Shown: one piece after another, positions 20,815 through 33,677 of the stretch | How the letters are laid out: every line of letters begins with the position of its first letter | Position numbering within the stretch: position 1 is the first letter of the stretch | From: Macrostomum lignano | Lineage: Eukaryota | Direction: 5' to 3' | Length of the DNA: 64,000 nucleotides | NCBI GenBank assembly: GCA_002269645.1 | Contig: NIVC01001829.1 | Span: forward strand, 124,001 to 188,000 | Notes under the pieces: generated by a model | Told to the model about the DNA's origin: nothing | Seen by the model: the letters and a program-made list of their open reading frames with translations, nothing else | Database searches by the model: none | Program-made: the position numbers and the translations under genes

Positions 20815-23800
20815 GTGAGTGAGTTGTTCCTGGGCGCAGAGGGGAGCGGTGCAGCCAGCAGCAGCGCAGCGGCAGTCGTCATCAGGCCGAACTCGGCGAC
20901 ATCCAAGCTGCAGTGCAGGATCGGAGGCGCGGACGTCACGGCGCTTATCGACTCAGGCAGCCAGGTGTCAATCGTGGACAAGCGGGTCCTGCAGAGCATG
21001 CGGCCAGCTCAGCTGGAGAGCGTGCACCTGGAGCTGCGGGCAGTCAACCAGCAAGCGGTGCCGGTGCGGCAGGTGGCCAGCCTGGCGGTGTCGCTCGGCG
21101 GCATCGAGCGGCGGCACCCGTTTTACGTGTCTGAAGGTCTGGTTGCTGCCGTCATCATCGGGCTGGACTTCATCAAGGCCTGCAACATGTGCCTGGACTT
21201 CAGCGACAGTGCAGCAGAGACCCCATCAAAGGACTCTTGTGTGATCAACGGCATGAGTCACCTCGATGCTGACAGTCAGCTCGAGGGCATTGAAGAGAAG
21301 CTGGTGCCGGATTTCACCAAGATCGACCTGCCAGTCGCGGAGGACTCGGACATCCGAGCTTTGGTGCGCGAGTTCAGCGACATTTTCACCAGGCGGCCAG
21401 GGCTGACGGATCGACACGAGCACAGCATCCCGCTGACTGACGATGTCCCGGTGCGGATCCCGCCGAGGAAGCTGCCGGTGCACTGGGAGCCCGAGGTGAG
21501 GAAGCTGATTCAGGAGCTGCTGGACAATGACGTCATCGAGGAGTCGGACAGCCCGTACGTGGCGACCCCAGTGTACGTGCGGAAGAAGAACGGTGACCTG
21601 CGGTTGACGATCGATTACCGCGAGCTGAACAAGAAGACGGTGCGGTCAGCGCAGGGCATTCCGCAGATGGACTTCGTCAAGGACAAGTTGGCTGGCAACG
21701 AGATTTTCTCGGTGATCGACCTGAACGGCGGCTACTTCCAAATTCCGATGAAGCCGGAAGACAAGCGGAAGACGGCCTTCAGCCCAGGGCCCGGAAAGCC
21801 GCTGTACCAGTTCAAGCGGATGCCGCAGGGCGTCTGCGGCGGCCCGAGCTCGTTCACTATCCTAATGAACCGCGTGTTCAAAGGCGCCGCGCAGACCTTC
21901 ACCTACATGGACGACACGCTGTGCTTCTCCAGATCGAAGGCTGAGCATCTCCGGCACCTGCGAGAAGTCTTCGAGAAGATCAGAGGCGCTGGGCTCACCG
22001 TCCGAGGCGCAAGTGCCAGCTAGGCCTGCCGGAGGTCACTTTTCTCGGCACCGTGTTCTCGGCCAAGGGTGCCACCGTGAGCCCTGAGAAGGTGCGCGCT
22101 ATCCAGGAGTGGCCGATATCGCATTCGCCAACGCAGGTGCGGCAGTTCCTGGGCCTCTGCAACCAGTACAGGAAGTACGTGCCGAGCTTCTCCGACATCG
22201 CCGGGCCGCTGCACAGACTGACGAGCAAAACAGAGAAGTTCGAGTGGACCAGCGAGTGCGGCACGGCATTCCGACGTCTCAAGGAGGCCCTGCAGCAGCC
22301 GCCGATCATCGGCCACCCGGACTTCTCCAAGGAGTTCCAGCTCTACACGGATGCCAGCAACACCGGAGTCGGTATCGTGCTCAAGCAAGGAGACCAGGTG
22401 ATTGAGTACTGCAGCAGAGCGCTTACGGCACCGGAGAAGGGCTACTCAACTGTCGAGAAGGAGTGCCTGGCTATCCTGCACGCCCTGAAGACCTACAGGC
22501 ACTACCTGCTTGCCGGCACTTCACGGTCTTCACCGACCACTGCCCACTCACGTTTCTGAATTCTCAGCGGGTCGACAGCCATGGCCGGCTTGGGCGCTGG
22601 CGGTTGCTGCTGCAGGAGTTCGCCTTCACCATCAAGTATACCAAGGGCGTCGACAACGTGGAGGCGGACGGCCTGTCCAGGATGCACGAAAGCCACGGCG
22701 AGGTGATCGGAGCGTCGGCAACGGAGCTAAAGCCGAAGGTGTCCAATCAGGAGATGCGGCAGGCGCAACTTGCCGATCCGAAGCTCAAGCTGGTCCTCGC
22801 GGCGCTGGAGAAGGACAGCACGACTCCACCAAGATGGTCGGACACCAGCCTGAGACACCTCAGCCGCATCTGGCGGAAGCTGAGGATCCAAGATGGCTTT
22901 CTCTGCCGGGCATTCAACGACGCCGCAGGACCGAGAGACGTTCCTGTGATTCCGGAGTCGCTGCGGCGCCAGTTCCTGACCGACTTCCACGAAGGCATCG
23001 GCGGCCACTTCGGGCCAGAGAAGATGGCCGATACGCTGAAGCAGGCCGCGTACTGGCCGGGACTGCAGAGCGACGTGGTGAGTTTCTGCCAGGAGTGCCA
23101 GACCTGCCAGCTAAAGAAGGCGCAGCAGCGCCCCGCGGCCCCACTTGGAGAGATGCCGATCGGCAAGCCCTGGCAGACTGTGGCCATCGACGTGCTGAAG
23201 GTGCCGCTGTCAGACCGCGGCAACATCTACCTGCTGGTGATGCAGGACCAGTTCTCCAAGTTCCTGACCGCCATGCCGATGCCAGACCAGACTGTCAAGA
23301 CCATCGCGGACGCTGCAGTCAAGGTTTTCTCGCTGTTCGGAGTCCCATCGGTCATCCACTCGGATCAGGGCGCGAACTTCGAGAGCGAGCTGTTCCAGGA
23401 GACGCTGCGAGTGCTGGGCATCAGGAAGACGCGCACATCGCCCTACCATCCGCAGGGAAACGGCCTTGTGGAGCGCGGCAACAAGTCGCTGTTGCAACTG
23501 CTGCGGCTGTTCACCGAGAGTGAGTCCAGCTGGGAGGAGCAGCTGCCGCTGGTGGTCCTGTCCTACAACTCCAGGGTCCACAGCTCAACCAAGGTGACGC
23601 CGCTGACTGTGATGACCGGCCGCGACCCGCAGCTTCCAACACAGGTGCAGGCCAACGAGCAGCAGTATGACATCGGCACCTACTCGGCGCTGCTGGAGCG
23701 TCGGTTGGCCCGCATCCACGAGTTCGTTGAGAAAAACCTGGTGGCCGCCGGACAGCAACAGAAGGCGGCGCACGACAAGAAGGCGTCGGACCTGCCGCAG

Positions 23801-24115
23801 TTTCCGCAAGGCACCCAGGTGTTGCTCAGCATCGAGATGCGGCGATCGAAGCTGGCGCCGTACTGGGAGCCGGACTGGACGGTGCTCGAGCAGCGCGGCC
23901 ACTCGGTGCGCATCCGCCGCGCCTTCGGCATTCGGCCGGTCCGCTGGGTGCACGTGAACCGGCTGCGCAGGCGGCTCGCAGCCCAGGCCGATGCGGAGCA
24001 GCTCCGCGAGCAGCCGGTGACCCACGAGGTCGCCCCGGAGTCGAGCCAGGCCGAGCGGCGATACCCGGCCAGGGTACGGCGTCCTCCGGACTACCTCGGT
24101 GTGAGCGCTGAGTGA
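20815..24115 (+). pseudogene. pol: Pol polyprotein (protease, RT, RNase H, integrase) split by two 1-bp deletions
   Basis: LIDSGSQVS protease; IDLNGGYFQI and YMDD RT motifs; LYTDASNTG and EKECLAI RNase H; H..GGHFG...C..C zinc finger with AIDVL / HSDQGANFES / LVERGN DDE integrase. Frame breaks near 22009 and 22512. Confidence 0.94.
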
Positions 24116-24244
24116 CTGAGGCCATGGACTGTCAGAGACTGTGATTGAAATGTATTTTACTGTCTGCGTTCCTCTTTTTACTCTACATTTTGCTAGCTGT
24201 GTTTCACTCTCATATTTTATTCCCTGTTGCTATGCTCCTTTTGT

Positions 24245-24254
24245 GGGGGAGAAA
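24245..24254 (+). promoter_or_regulatory. Polypurine tract
   Basis: GGGGGAGAAA directly before the TG of the 3' LTR. Confidence 0.88.
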
Positions 24255-24454
24255 TGTAATATTTTATTCCTTGCCTTAGAGGCAGTCTGAACTGTTAGCA
24301 ATCATGACATATAATTAGCTGAATCATCGTATTGATTTAATGTACGTTCGCTCTCTATGTACATCGCAGGCTTAACTTCAACTTGCATAAATAAAGCGAT
24401 CACTGTCTCACGGGGCCTTCGTGTTTTTGGTGCTGCCAAATACCGCGTGTTACA
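24255..24454 (+). repeat. 3' LTR
   Basis: 200 bp, 98% identical to the 5' LTR. Confidence 0.96.
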
Positions 24455-24918
24455 TATGCATACATGTATACGCCACGACGGAAACTGCAAAAAAACCTGG
24501 CAGTTTCGTCTCTCAGCGAGCTCGATGGACAGTCTTAAATCAACGATGTAGACCCCAGCTTTTGAGTTTTTCTAAAATTTGTCTACCTTTCCATAACCTC
24601 AATTTGTGAAACTGGGGAAGCAGATAATAAGTAGCGTTGAGTTGAAAAAAGGTTAGTCCTCTCCATTGTCGGGCAGAATTTTTTCAGCTAAGAATATAAG
24701 ATTAATTGAAGTCTCTGGGTTGTTGTTAGTCCAGATGTTTTCGGTAACGAAAATTTACGATTAAAACAAATTACACAGTTGCGTATATTTTTTTCTTTGC
24801 TAATGGGCAATCCTAAGCTTTTGGATTTTAAGGTAGTATTCTTTTTATAAGTAAATTTTTCGTGTGAAAAGTTTTTTGCTCATTTTGTATATATTTCCTA
24901 TTAACACAGAGAATGGGC

Positions 24919-27685
24919 GGGTGTGTATAAAAGCTGGCACTGGCACATTGGACACATTGGACACCCCTTTTTATAACAAAATTAGATATGAAAATGCAGA
25001 ATAAACTTGCGGAGATACTTTTAAATAATTTAAAAAATTGATAATAATAGAAATGACATCCTTGCTTTCGTGATAGATGATTTGTTAAATATTCTTTGTA
25101 TTATCGTTTTTTGTACATGTTTAATTTGGCATTCGATTTTTTAAAATAATCGCACATGCAAAAACTGCAGCTTGCAATGCTATTACACTGTGATTTTACT
25201 ACCCCGAAGGTTCTGTACTACAGGCGTACCGATTTAATGCTAAATATGCCTGATATATGAAATGATCAAACTAATAGTCAGAACTCAATTTTCCATAAAA
25301 TGATGAAGCATTCTGCTCTTATCAAAAAACCACAACTTATTTTGTTAGGATTACTTCATGAAGAACGAACTTTGGATATTCCAAATTGCAAGTATTTCTA
25401 TATTAAAAAAGTTAATACATTGGCAGATTATTTGATGAAAAAATTGCACCCAAAAAGTTTTTTTTACTTTGTAAGATGATGATTAAATTAATAATTTCCA
25501 AGCTTCTTCTTTTATTAGTTCAATTACTTTTTGTATGATTTCAACCAACAAAAAAAGGAATAGCTACTCAGTGAAAGTTCAAATTACAGTCTCTTCTTTA
25601 TATACAATCCTTTTAAGAAAACATTATAATGAATAATTTGCCAAGTCATGATATTTAAGAAATTGTGCTAATCATTTAAATTATGAGTTAAAAAATGCAA
25701 GCATATAAGTAAAAAATCTACCTCACAGACCAAGAAGTCTTTTTACTGAAAGTTTATATGTGACGCTTTGAAAAAACAACATATAAACCATCTTCACATA
25801 ACATTTATTGTCATTTATTTCAGACCTAAATCCTTTAGCACATAAATATTCTGCACGTATGTTGCAGGGTATACTTCCTTCTTCTAAAATCCTACAAATG
25901 CCACAAAGTTTTAATAGGCAAATTTATTCGTATTGTTCATATTAATATTTCTATATTTATGAGAAGTTTTCCAATAAGAACAAGTTCCCAATCAGTAAAA
26001 CACTATATTTTAATTCTAATGTCCAAAATTATGGCATTCTAAGGGACCAAGTGATAGGTTTTAAGCTACTATTAGCACCTGCATGATTTATTTATTTAAT
26101 ACCTACACATTCCTTAATGTCTATAGTTCGCCTAATTGCCTAATTGCTAACCCTAATTCTAGCCTTCTTGGCTTACAAGTTTGAGTCTTCACAGCATATT
26201 ATTCAATTCAAGCCCTACTAATTTTATTAGCCTCTCTTAATTTTATAAAATAATAATTTTCTTTAGTGTAACTGCTCCAAAAATTTCAACTTTAATTTAA
26301 GTGGTGTGCCAAAACACCACTTGCACCATTACAGCCGTCTATAATTTTTTTGTGCTAATTGGTTGACCACTTTCAATAATTTTCTTGGGTCAAGAGTGTG
26401 ATATATGCATATTGCAGAATGAATTTTTTAAAGAATCCCTAATTTTATACAAGGAATCATATATATTTATAGAAAGTTAGCTCTTAGAGTAGAGATAAAG
26501 TACATAAGACTATTAATAGCAACTTTTCATACAATTGCTTATGGTAATGATTTCTATTGTTATAAAGTTACAAATAAATAAAAAGTTACATTGCATTTAA
26601 ACTGTACTTTATGAGTTGTAAGCCTTTCAACTCAGAGTGCACTTCAATTGCTTTAATATACATTGCTAGATGTTATTTAGCATTTCTTTGTTATTTATCA
26701 TTTAACTCATTGCATTGTTTAATTGCTAATTTCATTTGCTCAGCTGCAATATTTATTACTTTTTTATTAATGCCAATGTTTGTAATACTTTTTCTCCCCA
26801 TTTTTAGTGTTTGTGGTATTCTTTTGTCAAATTTTAATTTTCCGCTGTATTTATCTTTACAAAAAATTGTACCTGTAAACTTATGGTTTTTTGCTTACAA
26901 TGGTACTGTACTAAATTATATTTATTTCCTTGTTAGATTCTCTAAATTGAAAAAGTAATGCACTGCTTTATTATCATGCATATTGAATATTAAGGATAGT
27001 TAGTATTCCTTCCTTGAAAAAGATTCTAGAGTTGGATTCTATTTGATAAGAGAATAAATAATTTATTGAGTTTAAATGTTTTTAAAACATTAATTAATTG
27101 CATTTTGATGGAAATCACAACTTAAAAAATTATTCGTTTTTTTATTTAAGACACGGGGGTCGGGGATTTTAAAGATCCATATTAACAGCAAATCAAACAT
27201 TAACATTATGGGAGAGAGAGAGAGAGAAGGATTAGATTCACTTTCACCATTGCTGTTGATTTATGGAAAGGCAGTAAACAAGCCAGAGCAGCTGCAAATA
27301 GTCAAATATGCCATGTCCGGCAATAAAATTCTGCAACTAGTCTGCTGCTCACTTTTTCCAACGTTTATTGAGGACAAGAAACGGCATTTAATGTTTCTAT
27401 GTTTTCTGTAAGTGCACCAACTAGGTAAATGAAAATGACGTACCGAAAGTAGTTCGACAATAAAGCAAGATAAAAAATGAATTTAAATGTAGAATAAAAC
27501 TTGTTGATACTACCAATCTCATGGTTGTTAGAAGTATATGAAAAAGTGCAATTATAAATAAATATTTACATTTTTATTCGAAAGCCAAAGTATATTTATT
27601 CAAGCAAAACAACGATCAAAACTCGATTTTTGTTAACATAAGGGGTGTCCAATGTGCCAATGGTGCCCTGCTTTTATACAGACCC
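24919..27685. mobile_element. About 2.77-kb AT-rich non-autonomous TIR DNA transposon (Mutator-like if the TSD is 10 bp)
   Basis: The left end GGGTGTGTATAAAAGCTGGCACTGGCACATTGGACAC...CCCC and right end ...GGGGTGTCCAATGTGCCAATGGTGCCCTGCTTTTATACAGACCC are inverted repeats. GAGAATGGGC flanks both ends (24909-24918 and 27686-27695). No intact ORF. Confidence 0.82.
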
Positions 27686-27691
27686 GAGAAT

Positions 27692-27951
27692 GGGCCTTTT
27701 CATATTACCAATTCCAGAACCAGAATCGGTTCGGAATTCCAAGAAAAACAGCAGTATAACTATTAAACTCTGTTAATATTTGACTGCCTTAACAACCTAA
27801 CTTCGCACAATTTTTCACTTTCTTCTTGGCGATTGTCATTCAATAAAAAAAACTTTATAGCACGTATCTCCCTCTAGTTATGGAGACAAAAAGTTATACT
27901 TTACAAATTGGCTCTGGTTCTGGAACCAGAGCAAGCAATATGAAAAGGCCC
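27692..27951. mobile_element. 260-bp MITE, PIF/Harbinger (Tourist)-like
   Basis: TIR GGGCCTTTTCATATT / AATATGAAAAGGCCC, internal inverted TTCCAGAACCAGA motifs, and a 3-bp flanking duplication AAT. Confidence 0.72.
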
Positions 27952-28375
27952 AATGTTAAATATTTTTTTCAAATTTGGCTGAACATATCATCCATCAGTG
28001 CGAGCGGCAGCTAAAGCATGTACATATGTATTGATGTTCATTATTGCTTCAATGCTGATTATCCTATTAAAAGTATTACATTCTTTCTATTCTCCTATTA
28101 TAATATAATAATTTTTTTCGAATAACATGCGTCTATGACATAGAAATGGTCTCGTACTTAGTCTTGTTTTTTTTAACGTTTGCCTAGGGCCTAGGCCTAG
28201 GCTTACTACACTCAGAAACAGTCAAAACCGCCACCCTACCGAGCTTTGTGCTTCTTGGTAAAATTTTACTAAAAATTTGGCATTTTCATTTGTAACCAGG
28301 TTTTTAACGCTGACAAAAAACAATTAAAGCAAAAAAAATATGAAAAACATAAGCCTGCCCAAGTTGTAAGTCAAG

Positions 28376-29038
28376 TGGTACACACACTCAGCAACAGTCA
28401 AAACTGCCACCCTACCGAGAGAGGCGACTTCTCTCTCACCTCAACTGCAAGTGATGTAACTTGCACCATGGTGTGGCTAAAGCTAGGTGAGAGTGATGCA
28501 GGAGAGGGCAATCAGGGGATGCACTTACTTAGGCCTAGTACTAGTAGATTAGCAGTCAGCTTGCAGTTAGAATAAGATAGAGCCAGGTGGCTGGCGTGGT
28601 TGGAGTTCGCCTGACAATCCACAGCAGACGTCAATTTGCCCTGGCTGTTGAGCTGCAGAGATCATGGCACTGGCTGCCTATGGCTGCATTGTGAACACTA
28701 CCAGTCTCTTGGGACTTTGTTAATAGCACTTGAATTGTTGAATGTGGTTGGCCAAATTAGCGAGCAATTGTGCTGATAGATGCACCAGCTTCTAGCATGC
28801 CAACAGCGCACATCGTTCAGTGTCTGTCAAATGCCTGACCATTATTGTCATGTATAGGCCTACAATAAATTAAATATTGCACCCCTAACCCTAATCTACC
28901 AATCCCAGTCCCTTTTTTACTCTCACTTAGCTTTAGCCACACTGTGGCACAAGTTACGTCATGTGCAGTTGAAGTGAAAGAGAATTTGCCTCTCTCAGTA
29001 GGGTGGTGGTTTTGACTGTTGCTGAGTGTATACCCCAA
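28376..29038. mobile_element. Fold-back element with about 120-bp inverted arms, embedded among about 135-bp direct repeats
   Basis: 28376-28498 (CACTCAGCAACAGTCAAAACTGCCACCCTAC...GCTAAAGCTAGGTGAGAGT) is inverted at about 28920-29038. 28243-28380 is directly repeated at about 29207-29347. Confidence 0.65.
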
Positions 29039-29875
29039 ATGATAATGTCATAAGTTGGCAATTGACTATAATAAACAATTTTGCTACTAGTTGATAATCA
29101 TTGATAATTTGCTCACTTGTTTTGTTGTTGGACTCTAAAAATAGGAGGAATAAAATTCAAGTACAAAAAAATTAACAAACAATTTTATAGCCAAGATCTA
29201 GTTATGCTTTGTGCTTCCAGGTAATTTTTTTACTAAAAATTTGGCATTTTTATTTGTAACCAGGTTTTTAATGTTGACAAAAAACAATTAAAGCAAAAAA
29301 TATGAAAAACTAGCCTGCCAGCTACCTAAGTTGTAAGTCAAATGGTATTACTTTTTTATATTAGGTGTGATTAGACTAGGTAATTTTGTCTACCATATCT
29401 TCACAACATTTGAATTTGTGTATAACTAATGTGTCAATAGTGTTGGACACCAGTCTATTAATAAGTATTAATAAGCATTAAGATTTTTCATTAAGGGTAG
29501 TTGACTGCTATTAATATTTTTTGCACTAATAGATTAACAAATTTGCATTCATAATTTTGTAAGTTAATGATAGATTCATTGTTAATGTGAATGATAATGT
29601 CAATGACTAAAGATACAAAGAAAGAACAAAAATATAAGCCTGATAAGAAGGTATATTACAGTATGTATTCAAATTTATCTAAATTCATAATTAGGCCTAG
29701 GCCAAATTTCTTTGTTTATAATAATGATCATGCAAATATAACAACTTATTATTAATGAACTTTAATAATGAAATAAAGTTGTTATAGCTTGTGTGTGAGC
29801 ATCAATCACTATGATTCACTTCTTTCCCAATCTTTCTTAACTTTCTGTTGTGCCTTCTAATGCTACTAAAATAAC

Positions 29876-30998
29876 CAGGGTTTTTTTTTCATCCAAAATC
29901 TAGTTGCCAATTGCCATCCTTAGTTGCCAACTGGCAACTGACCTATTTCAGTGTCCCACTTTATAAAGTTGTTTTTGCAACAATTTTCACACATTGACAA
30001 AAAAATAATATGCTCAAATCAGCTCAGGCTTCAGGTTTTCAGCCAAGCCAATCTTAGCAGTAATAAAATGTGACAGACTGTTTTATCATTGGAAACTGCC
30101 TTGGTTTAAGTTGGTTGCTAGATTGGCCTCTGATGCCATAAATCTAGTTGCCAATGGCTTTTTTGGGTAGCCGGTGGCTACCGTATGGTAGGGGTCGGAT
30201 GATATTGAATTTTTGAGATTTTCAAGATTCAAGATTGGCCTCTTCAAGATATTCGAGATTCAAGACATATAGTGGAACAACAAAAATATTTAATATGTGA
30301 AATAAAGTAAATCCTCTAAATCCACTACTGGCGATAGGTCTATTAGACAAGCTCCTGGGATCCCAAGAACCATCTCCGAAGGCACAGAATTCAAAATGTT
30401 AAATAAAATTTTGCCAACCTAGTAAAACAAAGTATTGCTAACCATCATTAACAAACAAAAATACAACTCATAGAAATAACCAGATTATACATTAAATATT
30501 CCCATGTGGATACAAGGTACCTAACTGACGAACTAGCGAGACAAAAGAAACCATCAACGTCATATGTTGAGTGTTGATCTTGGATGTCAACTTCAAGTAG
30601 CCGATGAATTTCTGGAATATTAATTGTTTGAAAGAGATGCATTATATTACAAATAAATTGAAAATAGTAAATATATGGTTCAAAACAGTACGAATTCTCT
30701 AATGCAAGCCATGACCATCGGCATCTGTATGCCAGCTATATATAAACTATACATTCTTCGTAACATGCAAAATTTAAACAAAATATTGACATTGACACCA
30801 TCAGGCTCTATGATATGATGCTGTATGCTTCTTATAGATCGAAATGTTTTTTTGAACATTTAATTTTTATCTCGAATCTCGACATTTTTTTCAAGATTGT
30901 GAAGTCGAGATCGAGATTTGAGAAAACCCCGAGATCTCGGATCTCGAGATCGAGATTGAGATCTCATCCGACCCCTACTGTATGGCCTAAAAAACCTA
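29876..30998. mobile_element. Possible older hAT-type element hosting the 30189-30977 MITE
   Basis: CAGGGTTTTTT left end and AAAAAACCTA right end, with flanks AAAATAAC / GAAATAAC (7 of 8 match). Degenerate. Confidence 0.4.
30189..30977. mobile_element. 789-bp hAT-type MITE
   Basis: TIR TAGGGGTCGGATGA / TCATCCGACCCCTA, 8-bp TSD CCGTATGG / CTGTATGG, and subterminal TCGAGAT/TCAAGAT arrays. Confidence 0.82.
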
Positions 30999-33202
30999 GA
31001 AAATAACCTTATTCATATTTTATAAATAACTAATTGGCTTTCAAGTTTCAAATAAACAAGTTACCTCTTTTACCATATGCTTATTTTTAGTAGTATTATA
31101 TATACAAGTTTTTTAAATTATTATTTATAACTTTTTTAGCTTATAAACCCCTTAGAATAGATGGCTTCTATGTTTTGCTAAAAAGTAGAAAAGCAAAGAC
31201 ACTGCAAAGTGCACAAAGTATGAAAATATATCTATGGTCAAAATGTTGTGATAGGGCAAATGGACCTCTAGTCTAAATCATCAACTAGACATTTAGTCTT
31301 TAGAGGAAAAAATATTTAGGGTTGAAAACCCTGTTAGAATAATTGTGAACAAAAGGCATCTAACTACCTGTCATAATTTTGGAATTTTCCAATAGTACAT
31401 TGTGGCTAGAGTCAAGATAAGCCTAGATGGTGTCTTGCTATCTGTCTTTGTTGCTTGAGTCCCAAGTTCTAAGAACTTGAAAGCTCCCTTTGGCCCTCAC
31501 ATTGAAGACATAAAAGTGAAAAAAATTCATCTTAAATATAGTTCTTTATATCCCAACCCTTTTTTAGTCCCAAACCCTAGGAACTTAAAGCTTTCCTTGA
31601 AAGTGAAAACATTCATCTTATCATTAGCCTCTTACCACCTAACTATAGCATGCATATGGCATTGAAACTCTGTTGCTAAGTCCATACTAAATCCATGTGA
31701 TAAAAATCTACTAGCTTTTTATTGATATGCTTGATATATTTAATAATGTGAATTGTGAAAAAATTAAAATATGTTATTTACTACTTTTTTGCAGTTACTA
31801 TTGGGATCACAATTAATCAAGCTATAGTTTTTTTATAAAGCATTGACAACTTTATTTTCCATGTCGACCATGTGTCATTTTCTATTGCGGGCTTTCTGTA
31901 TATATATTTAATTAATAGTGATAATACCTTCTAATGTTGATGATTTAAATTGACTTAATATTTTGTTTAAATAAGAATTGGAAAGTTGATAATCTAAATA
32001 CCAAATCCTTGATCAGTTGCTTTGATATGGGATAAAAAGTTTGAACAAGTCTAGAAGTTGGTTATTGGTATTGTGGCTCAGAAATGAAGGGAAAGAATTA
32101 GGGATAAATAAGAATTGGGAATTAAGAAATGAAAAGTTTACATGTAAAGCTTTGTGATTATTAAGGGTTTTTTTGGCTTGAGACTTATAAATGAGAAAGG
32201 GAATTAAGGATGAAACAACACATGGTACATCTAAAGGAAAGACAATGAGAGTGCTTAAGCAGTTTCAGTTGCACATTGTGATCAAATTGAATACTGAGGC
32301 TTTAGGAGGCTTTGGGGCTTTAGGAGAAGCAGCATCAAGTTTATAGAACATGGATTTGCAGGCATTGATTCATACAAACTTATAAGGATAGTGTTTTCAT
32401 TTGGTCTCAGGTCTATGCACATTTTATTAGACAGATACAAGCCTATTGGTTGAGGTCTGCTACAGGGAATAAAGCTAAATATTTAAACACTATATGTTTC
32501 AAGTAGTGATAATAGACTAGACATTTCCATATAACTTTAATCATAGGAATTCATGGTAGTAATTTATCTAGAATGAATTCATTTAACCATCAATTAGCAC
32601 TATTGACAAGTGACTAATAAGTAGTGAGGTAGGGTTATTATTTGTATATTATTTGCATTTTTATTGGTATTCAATTTGGTTCAATCAGATATTTGAACCA
32701 AATTGAATTGATTACAAAACTGTTCTGTTCTATCTCTACTCAAGGGTCTTATACTAAAATGCCAGGTCTCAAAGTGGGTTCTGTTAATCTGTAATGCCAG
32801 AGTACAACAGTATATTGGTTTTATTAGCTAGCAATCTAGATAATTAAATAATGATTTTTTTGCTTTAAATTTTTTTTCCTAATAGTGCTTGTAAGCTATA
32901 GCATATACATGTATTATAAGACTTCAAATATTTAATTAATAGTATTGATTGATTGTTATGAAATGCTTTTAAGATCAAATAAAGAATTTATATTCAGAAT
33001 TTATATGGCTTAGAGTATACTATAATAAATAATACAAAACAATAGGATTTCATGGCATAAGTATTAAAGTATATTATTATACTTTTATAACTTAAGCTAG
33101 TGAATTGCATATTTTCAAAGTTAGCATGGTTGTTGATGACTATTATACACTACTCTAGTATTTTACTATTTTTATGAATATTTCAGAAATTTAACAGACA
33201 CA

Positions 33203-33496
33203 ATGGAGACAAGCGAGGGCAGTGATAGCGAGGTGTCTAACACAGCCTCTGTGGCCATACAGACTCCTATATTCCGTTCAAACTATGAACAGTCGCTTGA
33301 CTTGGCCCATCCCGGTATGGACAGCATGTTCAAAGAGCTTGAGGCCTCTGTCATGGAGTCCTTGAAAGAAGTCGAAGAGATAAACAAACAACTGAAAGCT
33401 GAACGATTAAAAAAAGAGCGTGACGCTGAGACAGCCTTCTTGCCAGAGCTGCTGAAGGGCGATGGCAGCGTTGCTATGGGCAAAGCATTGGCTCAG
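33203..33496 (+). CDS. PDXDC1: PDXDC1-like protein, coding exon 1 of 3 (710 aa total)
   Basis: acaATGg start; AHPGMDSMFKELEASVMESLKEVE resembles the PDXDC1 N-terminal helix; donor CAG|GTGGGA, phase 0. Confidence 0.72.
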
Positions 33497-33677
33497 GTGG
33501 GATGCTTTGACTACATTGCTGATTTACGATAAGGGAGGGGGGTCACACCAATGGGGACAAAACTCCATGGCACAGAGAGGGTGTTCACTACCTGACAATG
33601 AGAAATTAAGGGCCGCTGTGCACTGTGTGAGCGTGTCTTCCTATTTATCTAACTGATCTAAGATAGCTATGATCTAG

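Larger units (their letters stand above)
19790..24454 (+). mobile_element. Full-length Ty3/Gypsy LTR retrotransposon (4665 bp)
   Basis: Two 200-bp TG...CA LTRs, 4-bp TSD TATG (19786-19789 and 24455-24458), primer-binding site, polypurine tract, gag, and PR-RT-RH-IN order. Confidence 0.97.

Noticed and set aside
22510-24125. Alternative-frame and antisense ORFs over pol (337 aa and others)
   Set aside because: Shadow ORFs of GC-rich coding sequence without recognisable motifs; likewise for the antisense ORFs over the channel genes.
26611-26958. 115-aa hydrophobic ORF inside the TIR element
   Set aside because: T-rich composition explains the hydrophobic translation; no motif or codon bias.
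31400-32500. Possible decayed LINE reverse transcriptase on the minus strand (FKFLG-like motif)
   Set aside because: Only a short motif with many stops; not distinguishable from chance in AT-rich DNA.
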